The translations under genes and the position numbers were made by a program. A stretch of 64,000 nt of DNA, taken from Anaerolineae bacterium (lineage in GTDB: Bacteria; Chloroflexota; Anaerolineae; S140-20). A model generated the notes under the pieces. That model ran no database searches. It was not told where the DNA came from and saw only the letters and a program-made list of their open reading frames with translations. The stretch is taken from positions 13,247 to 77,246 of the forward strand of contig JALUTT010000176.1 in NCBI GenBank assembly GCA_027021705.1. Direction: 5' to 3'. Positions 38,414-49,757 of this stretch are shown here, piece after piece; position 1 is the stretch's first letter, and each line of letters begins with the position of its first letter.

Positions 38414-39592
38414 ATGGCTGAACAAACCCTCACCCTCGAACAACCCTGGGAAGACGTTGGACTCCTGCGCCGCATCTGGCGAGGCCGTCGCTGGTACGGT
38501 GCGGAGTGGTACATCACCGTCGCCGGAGGGGTCCTCCTGACCCTCATCCTCCTGATGACCTTCCTGGCCCCCGTCCTGGCCCCCTTTGATCCCATCAAGA
38601 CGGTGGGAGGGCGCTTCACGCCCCCTGGCGGGGGAAAGCAATGGCTCATCGCCGAGGCCGAGAACGAGGCCATCCAGAGGCCGGAGGACCTGGCCGGCCG
38701 CAAGGTGGGCGTCCTGCCGGATACCACCGGAGAAGTACTGGCCGAAGAGCTGGGAGCCGAAGTCGTCTACTACCCCTCGATGCTCAAAGCCTTCCAGGGG
38801 CTGACGCGCCGTCGGCCAGAAGTGGAAGCGCTTATCGTGGAGCCCGAAGCTGCGGGCAACTTTATGAAGACCTACGGACGCTTCGTGCGTCAGGTCGGTC
38901 CGCCCTTCGGCCCCACCTTCGTCCTGGGAACCGACAACCTGGGGCGGGACATCCTCAGCCGGATCATCTGGGGAGCCCGCTCGGTCCTCCTGGTGGCCAT
39001 CCTTTCCGCCCTCTTCTCCAGCGTCGTCGGCGTCCCCCTGGGGCTCCTCTCCGGCTTCTGGGGGGGCAAGCTGGACCGGGTGCTCTCCTTGGTGATGGAC
39101 AGCATCTACTCCTTCCCCGGCCTCATCCTGGCCATCGCGATGGCAGCGATGCTGGGGCCGGGGGTGCTGAACATCGCCGTCGCCATCGCCGTCGTCTACA
39201 TCCCCACCTACTTCCGCATCGTGCGCGGCCAGACCCTCTCGGTCAAAGAGGAGCTCTACGTTGAGGCGGCCCGCAGCCTGGGAGCCAGAGCCCGCACCAT
39301 CCTGTGGCTCTACGTCTTCCCCAACGTCATCCCCTCCATCGTCGTCCTCTTCTCCCTCAACGTGGCCGACAGCATCCTGACCGAGGCGGGACTGAGCTTC
39401 CTGGGGTTGGGGCTTCCCCCGCCCACCCCCGACTGGGGGTTCGACCTGAACAAAGGGAAAGCCTACCTGCCCAACGGCTACTGGTGGCCCATCACCTTCC
39501 CCGGCCTGATGATCACCCTGGTCGCCCTAAGCTTCAGCCTGCTGGGCGAGGGGCTGGGCGAGATCCTGAACCCTCGGCTCACGGAGTCGTAA
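38414..39592 (+). CDS. dppC: Peptide ABC permease DppC/OppC with an inserted family-3 SBP lobe
   Basis: APFDP...LGTDNLGRDILSR, EAARSLGA, EAGLSFLGLG; ~94-aa insert in the first external loop. Confidence 0.9.
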   Translation: MAEQTLTLEQPWEDVGLLRRIWRGRRWYGAEWYITVAGGVLLTLILLMTFLAPVLAPFDPIKTVGGRFTPPGGGKQWLIAEAENEAIQRPEDLAGRKVGVLPDTTGEVLAEELGAEVVYYPSMLKAFQGLTRRRPEVEALIVEPEAAGNFMKTYGRFVRQVGPPFGPTFVLGTDNLGRDILSRIIWGARSVLLVAILSALFSSVVGVPLGLLSGFWGGKLDRVLSLVMDSIYSFPGLILAIAMAAMLGPGVLNIAVAIAVVYIPTYFRIVRGQTLSVKEELYVEAARSLGARARTILWLYVFPNVIPSIVVLFSLNVADSILTEAGLSFLGLGLPPPTPDWGFDLNKGKAYLPNGYWWPITFPGLMITLVALSFSLLGEGLGEILNPRLTES

Positions 39593-39684
39593 GGGGGTGA
39601 CCGAAAACCGTTGGAGGCCGTAGGGTAGAAACGCAGTGCCGTTGTGCCTCCACACTTCAACATTGCATTCGAGTTGTAAGGGCC

Positions 39685-39713
39685 TTGCCCGCCCTGAACC
39701 ATCGTTGTATACT
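39685..39713 (+). promoter_or_regulatory. Possible promoter of the inserted ATPase gene
   Basis: TTGCCC-17 bp-TATACT. Confidence 0.5.
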
Positions 39714-39759
39714 TTAGGCAGATGACTTATAAGTCAGTTGACTGAATCCTGGGGGTATT

Positions 39760-41421
39760 GTGTTCGCCTTCTACCCTGCTTATCTGCGGGAGCGCTTCAC
39801 AAACCGCACCTATGAACTGGCTTTCCTGGAGCGGGTCGCCGAAGACCTGCGACGGGGACAACCCCGTCACGTGGCGATCTTTGGCCTGCGGCGCATCGGC
39901 AAGACGGTCTTGTGTCAGGAACAGGCATCGCGTTTGCTCTCCCAGGGAGACCTCGCTCCCGTCTACCTGGACCTGGAGGAACTCTGTACAGCGCCGGAGA
40001 TCTTCGCCCAACGCTACATTGGTCTGACCTGCTTCTGGGTTCTGACCGGAGCCAAGGGGCCCATTGACCCTTATCTCACAGTGGAAGGCCTGCTGGAGAC
40101 CCAGGCGGTCGAGGTTCCCTTAGTCGCCCGGACGGCCGGGAGCATCACCCAGGCGCTCAGCCGCAGCCGGCCCGACTACGCCGCCCTCCTCAAGCTGGCC
40201 TTCGACTTTCCCGACCACCTGGCTCAGGCCGTTGGCCGCCCCCTGATCTGCTTTCTCGACGAGTTCCCCGAGCTGTCCAGCCTGAGCAACTTTCCCGGCG
40301 TGGGAGATCCCCTCCAGCACTTCCGTGCTGCGCTGCAGCGGCAATCCTATGTGAGCTATGTCATCACCGGCTCGGCCATCACGGTGATGGAACGGCTTAT
40401 CCGCCATCACGAGTCTCCCCTGTTCCTCCAATTCCGCACCCTGGAACTGCGGCCTTTCACCGAGGAAGATACCAAGGCTTTGTTGGAGAAGCTGATCGGC
40501 CCGCTGGCCCCGGACGCCCAGGCAGCGGTTCACCGCTACACCTTCGGCCATCCTTTCTACATCACGGTGCTGGCCGAGCGGCTGCGAGAGCTGGTACCCG
40601 AGGCCCCCGAAGGGGTGAACCGCTCCCACGTGCAGCATGCCTTCCTGCTGGAGACCCTCTCGCGCCAGGGCCAGATCTACAGTTACTGCCGCTATCTGTA
40701 TGATATCTCTCTGCAGAAGGCCCGGGGTTACGGGCTCCTGAAGGCGCTCCTCCAAGTATTGGCCGAGGAAGAGGGGCTCACCCTCTCCGAAACAGCCCGC
40801 CGGCTGCGACGGCAAGCCTCGGCAACCCGGGAGTACTTACGCTGGTTGATGGAGGTGGACCTGATTATCGAGGAGGACGGGCGATACTACTACCGGGATC
40901 CTGTGCTCCGCTTCTGGGTGGCCTACACCAGCCGGGGGATTGAGGTTGACCTCTTTCCGCGACGGGAGGAACTGGAAGGACTGATCGCCGACTTGCAGGA
41001 GCGTTTCCAGCGGGTCTCCACGCAGTTGGGACGGGCCAAGGAGAGCGAGGTGCGGGAACTGCTGCGGAGGATGGCCGGACAGACCGTGGATGGGGCACTT
41101 TTGGGCCGGGCCGGCCCTCTGCACATCCCTAAGTTTGTCCGTGTCGAGCCCTATCGCTCCTCAGATGGCCGGATTGAGATAGACGCCTTGGCCGAGAACG
41201 ATGAGCGGTGGATCGTTGAGGTAAAGTGGCGACGGAGGCGGGTGGGACAAAAGGAACTGAAACGCCTCTTGGAACTGGCAGAGCAGTTTCAGGCCCGGCC
41301 CTGGTGTATCTCCCAGGCCGGCTTCACTCCAGAAGCCATCGCTTACGCTGAGCATCACGGCATCCTGCTCAGTGATGGCCACGATCTGGCTGCCTTAGAA
41401 CGGGCCGTCTTGGCCAGATAG
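39760..41421 (+). CDS. Archaeal-type AAA ATPase + wHTH + C-terminal PD-(D/E)XK nuclease-like domain
   Basis: FTNRTYEL, Walker A GLRRIGKT, Walker B FLDEF, EIDALA...IVEVKW...AGFT. Confidence 0.85.
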   Translation: MFAFYPAYLRERFTNRTYELAFLERVAEDLRRGQPRHVAIFGLRRIGKTVLCQEQASRLLSQGDLAPVYLDLEELCTAPEIFAQRYIGLTCFWVLTGAKGPIDPYLTVEGLLETQAVEVPLVARTAGSITQALSRSRPDYAALLKLAFDFPDHLAQAVGRPLICFLDEFPELSSLSNFPGVGDPLQHFRAALQRQSYVSYVITGSAITVMERLIRHHESPLFLQFRTLELRPFTEEDTKALLEKLIGPLAPDAQAAVHRYTFGHPFYITVLAERLRELVPEAPEGVNRSHVQHAFLLETLSRQGQIYSYCRYLYDISLQKARGYGLLKALLQVLAEEEGLTLSETARRLRRQASATREYLRWLMEVDLIIEEDGRYYYRDPVLRFWVAYTSRGIEVDLFPRREELEGLIADLQERFQRVSTQLGRAKESEVRELLRRMAGQTVDGALLGRAGPLHIPKFVRVEPYRSSDGRIEIDALAENDERWIVEVKWRRRRVGQKELKRLLELAEQFQARPWCISQAGFTPEAIAYAEHHGILLSDGHDLAALERAVLAR

Positions 41422-41488
41422 TAACGGCTCAGGGGCGTCGCACCTCTGCCAATCCAGACAACTCAAGGACCTCTTCGAGATTCAACCT

Positions 41489-42469
<981 letters not shown>

Positions 42470-42472
42470 GCT

Positions 42473-43465
42473 ATGCAGAACGGTTACTTGGTCGAAGTTC
42501 AGAGCCTGAAGAAGTGGTTCCCCGTTCAGCAGAGCTTCCTCGAAAACCTCCTCTCCCGGCGGAAAGAGTTCGTGCGGGCCGTGGATGGGGTGAGCTTCGC
42601 CATCCGGCGGGGGGAGGTCTTCGGGTTGGCCGGCGAGAGTGGTAGCGGCAAGACGACGACGGGGCGGCTGATCCTCCGCCTCATCGAGCCCACCGAGGGC
42701 CAGATCCGCTTCGACGGCATCGAGATCACCTCCCTTCCGCCGGAGGAGATGCGCCGGCTACGCCGTCGGATGCAGGTCATCTTCCAGGACCCCTTCGCCT
42801 CGCTCAACCCCCGGATGAAGATCGGCGACGCCATCGGCCACGGGCTGGTGATCCACGGCCTGGCCCAGGGAGAGGCGAAGCGGGAGGCCGTGCTGGAGAT
42901 GATGGAAAAGGTGGGGCTAACGCCGGCGGCCATCCTCTACGAGAAGTACCCCCACCAACTCTCCGGCGGCCAGCGCCAGCGGGCCGTCATCGCCCGGGCT
43001 CTGGTCACCCATCCCGACCTGGTCGTGGCCGATGAGCCCATCGCGATGGCCGACGTCTCGGTCCGGGCGATGCTCCTGGAGCTGATGCGCCAGCTCAAGG
43101 AGGAGTTTCACCTCACCTACCTCTTCATCACCCACGACCTGGCCACAGCCAAGTACATCTGCGACCGCATCGCGGTGATGTACCTGGGCAAGATTGTCGA
43201 GGTGGGGTCCCTGGAACAAGTCTACCGCAGCCCCGTGCACCCCTACACCGAAGCGCTCCTGGCGGCGGTCCCCGTCCCCGACCCCCGGGCGCGGAGGACG
43301 ACGCCGATCCCCAAAGGCGAGATCCCCAACCCCATCAACCCACCCCCGGGCTGCCGCTTCCATCCCCGCTGTCCTCTGGCCGAGCCGGTCTGCAGCCAAG
43401 AAGAGCCCACCTTGATTGAGGTCGAAGCGGGCCACGCCGTCGCCTGCCACGTCCGCACCCGCTGA
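42473..43465 (+). CDS. dppF: Peptide ABC ATPase DppF
   Basis: [25 protein letters not shown]...VACH. Confidence 0.95.
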   Translation: MQNGYLVEVQSLKKWFPVQQSFLENLLSRRKEFVRAVDGVSFAIRRGEVFGLAGESGSGKTTTGRLILRLIEPTEGQIRFDGIEITSLPPEEMRRLRRRMQVIFQDPFASLNPRMKIGDAIGHGLVIHGLAQGEAKREAVLEMMEKVGLTPAAILYEKYPHQLSGGQRQRAVIARALVTHPDLVVADEPIAMADVSVRAMLLELMRQLKEEFHLTYLFITHDLATAKYICDRIAVMYLGKIVEVGSLEQVYRSPVHPYTEALLAAVPVPDPRARRTTPIPKGEIPNPINPPPGCRFHPRCPLAEPVCSQEEPTLIEVEAGHAVACHVRTR

Positions 43466-43472
43466 CCTGCCT

Positions 43473-43501
43473 TTGACAGATTGGGGATTCCGAGGTATAA
43501 A
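43473..43501 (+). promoter_or_regulatory. Internal sigma70-type promoter
   Basis: TTGACA-17 bp-TATAAA. Confidence 0.6.
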
Positions 43502-43540
43502 GGAAGCCATCGGCGGGCCAAAGCGATCAGGAGGACAAGG

Positions 43541-43951
43541 ATGGAAAGCGAGGAAAAGGAAGCACTGCGGGAGATGATCCGGGAGACCGTCTACGAGGTC
43601 CTGGAGCCCTTCGTCGCCCAGATGAGCCGCGACTACGAGGAGACCCGCCGGTGGATGCGCTCGATGGAAGAGCGGATGAGCTCGATGGAGGCACGGATAG
43701 AGCGCATCGAGGCCCGGCTGACCAGCCTGGAGCGGCGCGTCTCCCGCCTCGAAGACGAGGTGTGGGAGATCAAGACGACGCTCCGCTCCTTGGAACAGCT
43801 CCTCGTCGAGCGAGGAGTCATCCAGCCTGAAGCGATCCCCCACGAACGCTGGGCCACCTTCCAGGAGCTCCGCCAATTGGAACAACGGGTCACTCAGTTG
43901 GAGATCGCCGTCTTCCATCAGGCCGATGGCCAGGCCGAAGAAGAGGCCTGA
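43541..43951 (+). CDS. Hypothetical coiled-coil protein
   Basis: RBS AGGAGG; heptad repeats [30 protein letters not shown]. Confidence 0.75.
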   Translation: MESEEKEALREMIRETVYEVLEPFVAQMSRDYEETRRWMRSMEERMSSMEARIERIEARLTSLERRVSRLEDEVWEIKTTLRSLEQLLVERGVIQPEAIPHERWATFQELRQLEQRVTQLEIAVFHQADGQAEEEA

Positions 43952-44032
43952 AGGCACGACAGCGCTCCCGGTTCGTCCTGGGACCACCATCCGTATCCCC
44001 CCTTCCCATGCTCAACGCAGAGGTGAGAGGCC

Positions 44033-44887
44033 ATGACCGTTCGAGAGGGAACCCGCCCCAAGTCCGTCGGAGGCGCGCTGGTAGATTGGCTGGCCGAAGT
44101 CCCCTGGTGGGTGGTCATCATCATTGTGCTGATCACCCTCTTCGTGGGCAGAATTCTCACCAGCCCCCAGGAACGGGAGCTCTACTGGAAAGCCCTCCAG
44201 TTCGTCACCGCCTGCCCTCAGGGGCAGGAGACCTGCGCCGTGTGGGACCGCATCGGGGTGATGCTCACCCTCAAGGCGACGGTGGTGGGCTATGCGCTGG
44301 CCCTGGTGCTGGGCCTGATCGGGGGGCTCTTCCGGGTCTCCAAGAACCCCGTCACCTACGCCATCTCCACCCTCTACGTTGAGGTGGTGCGGGGCATCCC
44401 CCTGCTGGTTATCATTATGTACGCCGGTTACGTCATCACGCCGGCCCTACGCGATGCCACCAACCAGCAAGTGGACCTACGGGGCTTCCCCTCGGCGGTG
44501 CTGGGGCTGGCCTTTGGCTACGGAGCCTACCTGGCCGAGGTCTTCCGGGCCGGCATTGAGTCCATCCCCAAGGGCCAGATGGAAGCCGCCCGCTCCTTGG
44601 GGATGAGCTACCCCCAGGCGATGCGCTACGTCATCCTCCCGCAGGCGATCCGGGTTATCCTGCCTCCTCTGGGCAACAACTTCATCGCCATGCTCAAGGA
44701 CTCCTCCCTCATCTCCGTCATCGCCCTGCCCGACCTGCTCCAGCAGGGACGGCTCTTCGTCTCCCGCACCTTTCGGGCCTTCGAAGGGTACAACACGGTG
44801 GCCCTGCTCTACCTCCTGATGACCTTGATCTTGTCCATCATCGTCCGCCTGATCGAGCGGAAGTCGGCGTTGCCAGGGCGCTTGTGA
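44033..44887 (+). CDS. Polar amino acid ABC permease (HisM/GlnP family)
   Basis: YVEVVRGIPLLV, AYLAEVFRAGIESIPKGQMEAARSLG, LKDSSL. Confidence 0.95.
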   Translation: MTVREGTRPKSVGGALVDWLAEVPWWVVIIIVLITLFVGRILTSPQERELYWKALQFVTACPQGQETCAVWDRIGVMLTLKATVVGYALALVLGLIGGLFRVSKNPVTYAISTLYVEVVRGIPLLVIIMYAGYVITPALRDATNQQVDLRGFPSAVLGLAFGYGAYLAEVFRAGIESIPKGQMEAARSLGMSYPQAMRYVILPQAIRVILPPLGNNFIAMLKDSSLISVIALPDLLQQGRLFVSRTFRAFEGYNTVALLYLLMTLILSIIVRLIERKSALPGRL

Positions 44888-44905
44888 GGATAGGAGGGCT
44901 GTGCA

Positions 44906-45643
<738 letters not shown>

Positions 45644-45653
45644 GAGAGAGGCG

Positions 45654-46592
45654 GTGACAGAGCATACCCTTTTCGACCGCGTGCTCAAGCTCCTGGCCCG
45701 CAACCACGCCGAAGCGTTTCTCCGGCTGGCCTTCCCCAGCAGGCCGGTGCGGTTGGTCGGCACGGTGGAGAACGTGGAGATAGACCTGCCGGCCCAGCGG
45801 GTTGACTTCGTCCACCAGATTGAGGACGACGGCGTCCTGAAGCTCTTCCACCTGGAGTTCCAGACCCACCACGAGCCGAGCCTACCGGAGCGGCTCTTCG
45901 TATACTCAGGCGCGCTCACCCGCCGCTTCGGGCGGGAAGTGCTGACGTTGGTCCTCTACCTGGAGCGGCGACGGAACCTGCCACCAGGCGTCTACGAGAC
46001 ACGGCTGGGGGACCTGGTGGTGAACCGTTTCACCTACCCGACGGTGGGGTTGTGGGAACACGAAGATCGGATTCGGAGTGGCGAATTGCGGGAGCTGGCA
46101 CCGCTCCTGGTTGCCATCGCTAAGGAGCGGGACAAAGCGGTCCTAGAGACAGAGCGAACGCTGATCCTGCAGGAACAGGACGAGAAGCGGCGGGCAGACC
46201 TGATCGCGGCCGCGGTGACGGTGGCCAGCCGCTACTTCGAGCGGGATTTCCTGTGGGACTTCTTCCGCGAGGAGGTGGAGCTGATGCGCGAGGCGAGTTT
46301 TATCGAAGAATGGATCGAGGAGGGCATCCAGAAGGGAATCCAAAAGGGGATCCAGCAGGGGCTACAACAAGGACTACAGCAAGGACTACTTAAGGGGCGG
46401 CGGGAGGACATTATGAACCTCCTGATGGCCCGCTTCGACCTTTCCTACCGACAGGGCAAAGCCCTGGAGGACCGCCTGAAGGCCATCGAAGACCCCGATC
46501 GCCTGAGCGACCTGGTGATCCTGGCCGCCCAGGTAGAGAGCGTGGAGGCTTTTCTAGACCAGCTTCCCCCCTTGGACAAGACCCTCTCCTGA
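45654..46592 (+). CDS. Rpn/DUF4351-like putative nuclease/transposase
   Basis: FDRVLK, RVDF...HLEFQT, C-terminal GIQKGIQKGIQQGLQQGLQQG repeats. Confidence 0.8.
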   Translation: MTEHTLFDRVLKLLARNHAEAFLRLAFPSRPVRLVGTVENVEIDLPAQRVDFVHQIEDDGVLKLFHLEFQTHHEPSLPERLFVYSGALTRRFGREVLTLVLYLERRRNLPPGVYETRLGDLVVNRFTYPTVGLWEHEDRIRSGELRELAPLLVAIAKERDKAVLETERTLILQEQDEKRRADLIAAAVTVASRYFERDFLWDFFREEVELMREASFIEEWIEEGIQKGIQKGIQQGLQQGLQQGLLKGRREDIMNLLMARFDLSYRQGKALEDRLKAIEDPDRLSDLVILAAQVESVEAFLDQLPPLDKTLS

Positions 46593-46712
46593 AGGTGCCG
46601 GGTCTCCCCCTGGTGTGAGGAACATCACCCGGAAGAGGCGAGGGTTGCCACTTGCCTTCGGCTCCTCGGCCCGGTAGGCTGGAGGAGGAGAAACGGGAAA
46701 GGATTGGGGAAG

Positions 46713-47699
46713 ATGCTTGAGCTACGGGTGCTCTCCGGTGAGGAGGTCCGCCAGGCGCTCCCGATGGCGGAGGCCATTGAGGCGATGAAAACGGCCTACG
46801 CCCAACTCTCGACCGGTCGGGCCACGGTGCCCCTGCGCACCCCCATCGAGGTACCAGCTCACCACGGGCTGGTCCTTTTTATGCCCGCTTACCTGGCCGG
46901 CGACGACCAGATGGCGATCAAGATCGTCTCCGTCTTCTCCGACAACCCGGCCCGGGGACTCCCCCTCATCCACGCCCTCGTCGTCGTGGTGGACCCGACG
47001 ACGGGCCGACCGGCAGCGGTGATGGACGGCACCGTCTTGACCGCCCTGCGCACAGGGGCGGCCTCGGGGGCGGCCACGGACCTGCTGGCCCGCCCCGACA
47101 GCCACGTGGCCGCCGTCTTCGGGGCCGGCGTCCAAGGGCGCACCCAACTGGAAGCCGTCTGCGCCGTGCGCCCCATCGAGCAAGCCTGGATCTACGATCC
47201 CAAGCCTCCGGCAGCCCGGGCCTACGCCGAGGAGATGGGCGCTCGCCTGGGCATCCCGGTGCGGCCGGCCGCCACCCCCGCCGAGGCGGTGCGGGAAGCC
47301 GACGTGATCTGCACGGCGACGACCTCCGCCACGCCGGTCTTCGATGACGCCGACCTGAAGCCGGGTGTCCACATCAACGCCATCGGTGCCTACACGCCCC
47401 AGATGCAGGAAATCCCGGCGGAGACGGTCGTCCGAGCCCGCGTGGTGGTGGACCATCGGCCCGCCGCCCTGGCCGAGGCCGGTGACCTGATCATCCCCTT
47501 GCAGCGCGGGCTGATCACCGAGGACCACCTGGAGGCCGAGATCGGCGAGATCGTTGCCGGCCTCAAACCCGGTCGGACGACGCCGGAGGAGATCACCCTC
47601 TTCAAGTCGGTGGGGGTCGCGGTGCAAGACGTGGCCGCCGCTGCTCAGGTCCTGGCGGCCGCCGAGCGCCGGGGGCTGGGGAGCGTCGTCGCCCTCTGA
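46713..47699 (+). CDS. Ornithine cyclodeaminase/mu-crystallin family protein
   Basis: LFMPAY, TALRTGAASG, FGAGVQG, FKSVGVAVQD. Confidence 0.92.
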   Translation: MLELRVLSGEEVRQALPMAEAIEAMKTAYAQLSTGRATVPLRTPIEVPAHHGLVLFMPAYLAGDDQMAIKIVSVFSDNPARGLPLIHALVVVVDPTTGRPAAVMDGTVLTALRTGAASGAATDLLARPDSHVAAVFGAGVQGRTQLEAVCAVRPIEQAWIYDPKPPAARAYAEEMGARLGIPVRPAATPAEAVREADVICTATTSATPVFDDADLKPGVHINAIGAYTPQMQEIPAETVVRARVVVDHRPAALAEAGDLIIPLQRGLITEDHLEAEIGEIVAGLKPGRTTPEEITLFKSVGVAVQDVAAAAQVLAAAERRGLGSVVAL

Positions 47700-47742
47700 A
47701 CCCGCAGCCCCCCTCCGCATACAGCGCATCAGGAGGTCGGAT

Positions 47743-48684
47743 ATGTTGCGACCGCTCTTTCTCTATCTGTCGAGGAATGACCTGGCCCGGCGGTTCGTGA
47801 TGGGGTTTCCGCTGGCGCGGCGGGCCTCCCTCCGCTTCGTCGCCGGCGAGACGCTGGACGACGCGATGGCCGCCGTCCGCGCCTTTCAGGCCCGGGGCAT
47901 CCACGCCACGATGGACCACCTGGGGGAGAACGTCTACAACGAGGCCGACACCCGGCGGGCAGCCGACGAGTACGTGGAGCTCCTGGAGCGGATCCACCAG
48001 GAGGGAGGCTGGAACGGGCACATCCCCCACTGCTCCGTCAAGCTCACCCAGTTGGGGCTGGACATCGGCCCGGATCTGGCCGAGGAGAACCTGGAGCGGG
48101 TGGTAGCGAAGGCCCAGGAGATCGGCACCTTTGTCCGCATTGATATGGAAAGCTCCGACTACACGGACGCGACCTTGGAGATCTACCGCCGCTTGCGGTC
48201 GCGTTACGACAACCTGGGGGTCGTCATCCAAGCCTACCTCTACCGCAGCGAGCGGGATGTGCGGCAGCTCATCGAGGAAGGCATCGCCAACATCCGGCTG
48301 TGCAAAGGGGCCTACAAAGAGCCCCCCACCATCGCCTTCCCCAAGAAGGCCGACGTGAACACCAACTTCGTCAACCTGATGGAACTGCTGCTCAGCCGCG
48401 AGGCGCTGGAGAAGGGGGCCTACCTGGCCGTCGCCACCCACGACGAGAAGATGATCGCCGCCACCCGTGCCTGGGAGGCCGCCCACCAGGTGCCCCGCGA
48501 CCGCTTCGAGTTCCAGATGTTGCACGGCATCCGGCGGGACCTGCAGGAGAAACTGGCCGCCGAAGGGTACACCGTGCGCATCTACATCCCCTATGGCACC
48601 GAGTGGTATCCCTACTTTATGCGCCGCCTGGCCGAGCGGCCGGCCAACGTCTGGTTCATCGTCAGCAACCTCTTCCGCCGCTGA
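47743..48684 (+). CDS. Monofunctional proline dehydrogenase
   Basis: RFVAGET, SVKLTQLG, RIDME, RLCKGAY, ATHD, YFMRRLAERPAN. Confidence 0.95.
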   Translation: MLRPLFLYLSRNDLARRFVMGFPLARRASLRFVAGETLDDAMAAVRAFQARGIHATMDHLGENVYNEADTRRAADEYVELLERIHQEGGWNGHIPHCSVKLTQLGLDIGPDLAEENLERVVAKAQEIGTFVRIDMESSDYTDATLEIYRRLRSRYDNLGVVIQAYLYRSERDVRQLIEEGIANIRLCKGAYKEPPTIAFPKKADVNTNFVNLMELLLSREALEKGAYLAVATHDEKMIAATRAWEAAHQVPRDRFEFQMLHGIRRDLQEKLAAEGYTVRIYIPYGTEWYPYFMRRLAERPANVWFIVSNLFRR

Positions 48685-48749
48685 CCTTCCGGCCCTCCCT
48701 CCCCCCAAGCCCCTGGTCTCGACGGCAAACGGACAGAAGTCGGCGGATT

Positions 48750-48805
48750 GGGGAACGGATTGAGCGGATGAGAGAGCCCTCCTCTCCGTTCAATCCGTTC
48801 TCCCC
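48750..48805. repeat. Long intergenic hairpin (CGGAT-type REP-like)
   Basis: GGGGAACGGATTGAGCGGA / TCCGTTCAATCCGTTCTCCCC. Confidence 0.65.
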
Positions 48806-48807
48806 TT

Positions 48808-48836
48808 TTGACCGGTCCGAGGGCCTGTGTTACAAT
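48808..48836 (+). promoter_or_regulatory. sigma70-type promoter
   Basis: TTGACC-17 bp-TACAAT. Confidence 0.6.
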
Positions 48837-48887
48837 GGGCCTTCGCCCGACGAGACAACGGTGGAAGGGTTCGTAGGAGGAGAACCG

Positions 48888-49757
48888 GTGCTACGGGGAT
48901 ACGGCCTGATCCTGCTGGCAGCCTTTCTGTGGAGCACCCTGGGCCTCTTCTACAACCGGCTGCTCCACCACCACGACCTGACGACGACGACCATCGCCTT
49001 CTTCCGGGCAGCCGTGGCCTCGCTCACCCTCTTCGTCGGGCTGAGCGGACGGGCGGGGCGCTGGCCGGCCATCTCGCGCCGGGAGGTGCCCTTCTACGCC
49101 CTCTTCGGGGCCTTCGGCGTGGCCGCTTTCTTCCTCGTCTACATCCGGGCCATTGACCGGGTGGGGATGGGGGTGGCCGCCGTGCTCCTCTACACCGCGC
49201 CGGCCTGGGTTGCCCTCATCGCCGCCCTCTTCCTGGGCGAGCCCCTGACCCGCCGCAAGGGGGTGGCCCTGCTCCTCGCCTTCGGCGGGGCCGCCCTGGT
49301 CGCCCGCATCTACCACCTGGGGAGCGTCCGGCTGGACCTGGTGGGAATCCTCTTCGGGCTAGGGTCCGGGCTGACCTACGGCCTCTACACCATCTTCAGC
49401 AAGGTAGGGGTGCGCCGGCGCTCATCCTGGGAGGTCCTGGCCTACGCCCTGGGGTTCGGTGCCCTCTTTATGCTCCCCTGGCAATCGGCGGAGAGCCTGC
49501 GTCGGGCGGTGACCACGCCGGGAACCCTTCTCTGGCTCCTGGGCCTGGGGTGGCTTCCCACGCTGGGGGCCGGCGTCGCCTTCAACCAAGGGCTGAAGAC
49601 GGTGCCGGCCAGCGGGGCCAGCATCGTCGCCAACCTGGAGCCGGCCCTGGCCGCCCTGTGGGGAGCCCTCTTCCTGCACGAGCGGCTGGAGCCCTTCCAG
49701 GTCCTCGGCGGCGCGATGATCCTGGGAGCGGTGCTCATCCTCCAGCGGGAAGGGTGA
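48888..49757 (+). CDS. EamA/DMT family transporter
   Basis: About 10 TM helices, LLYTAP, LFLGEP, NLEP; GTG after AGGAGG. Confidence 0.9.
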   Translation: MLRGYGLILLAAFLWSTLGLFYNRLLHHHDLTTTTIAFFRAAVASLTLFVGLSGRAGRWPAISRREVPFYALFGAFGVAAFFLVYIRAIDRVGMGVAAVLLYTAPAWVALIAALFLGEPLTRRKGVALLLAFGGAALVARIYHLGSVRLDLVGILFGLGSGLTYGLYTIFSKVGVRRRSSWEVLAYALGFGALFMLPWQSAESLRRAVTTPGTLLWLLGLGWLPTLGAGVAFNQGLKTVPASGASIVANLEPALAALWGALFLHERLEPFQVLGGAMILGAVLILQREG

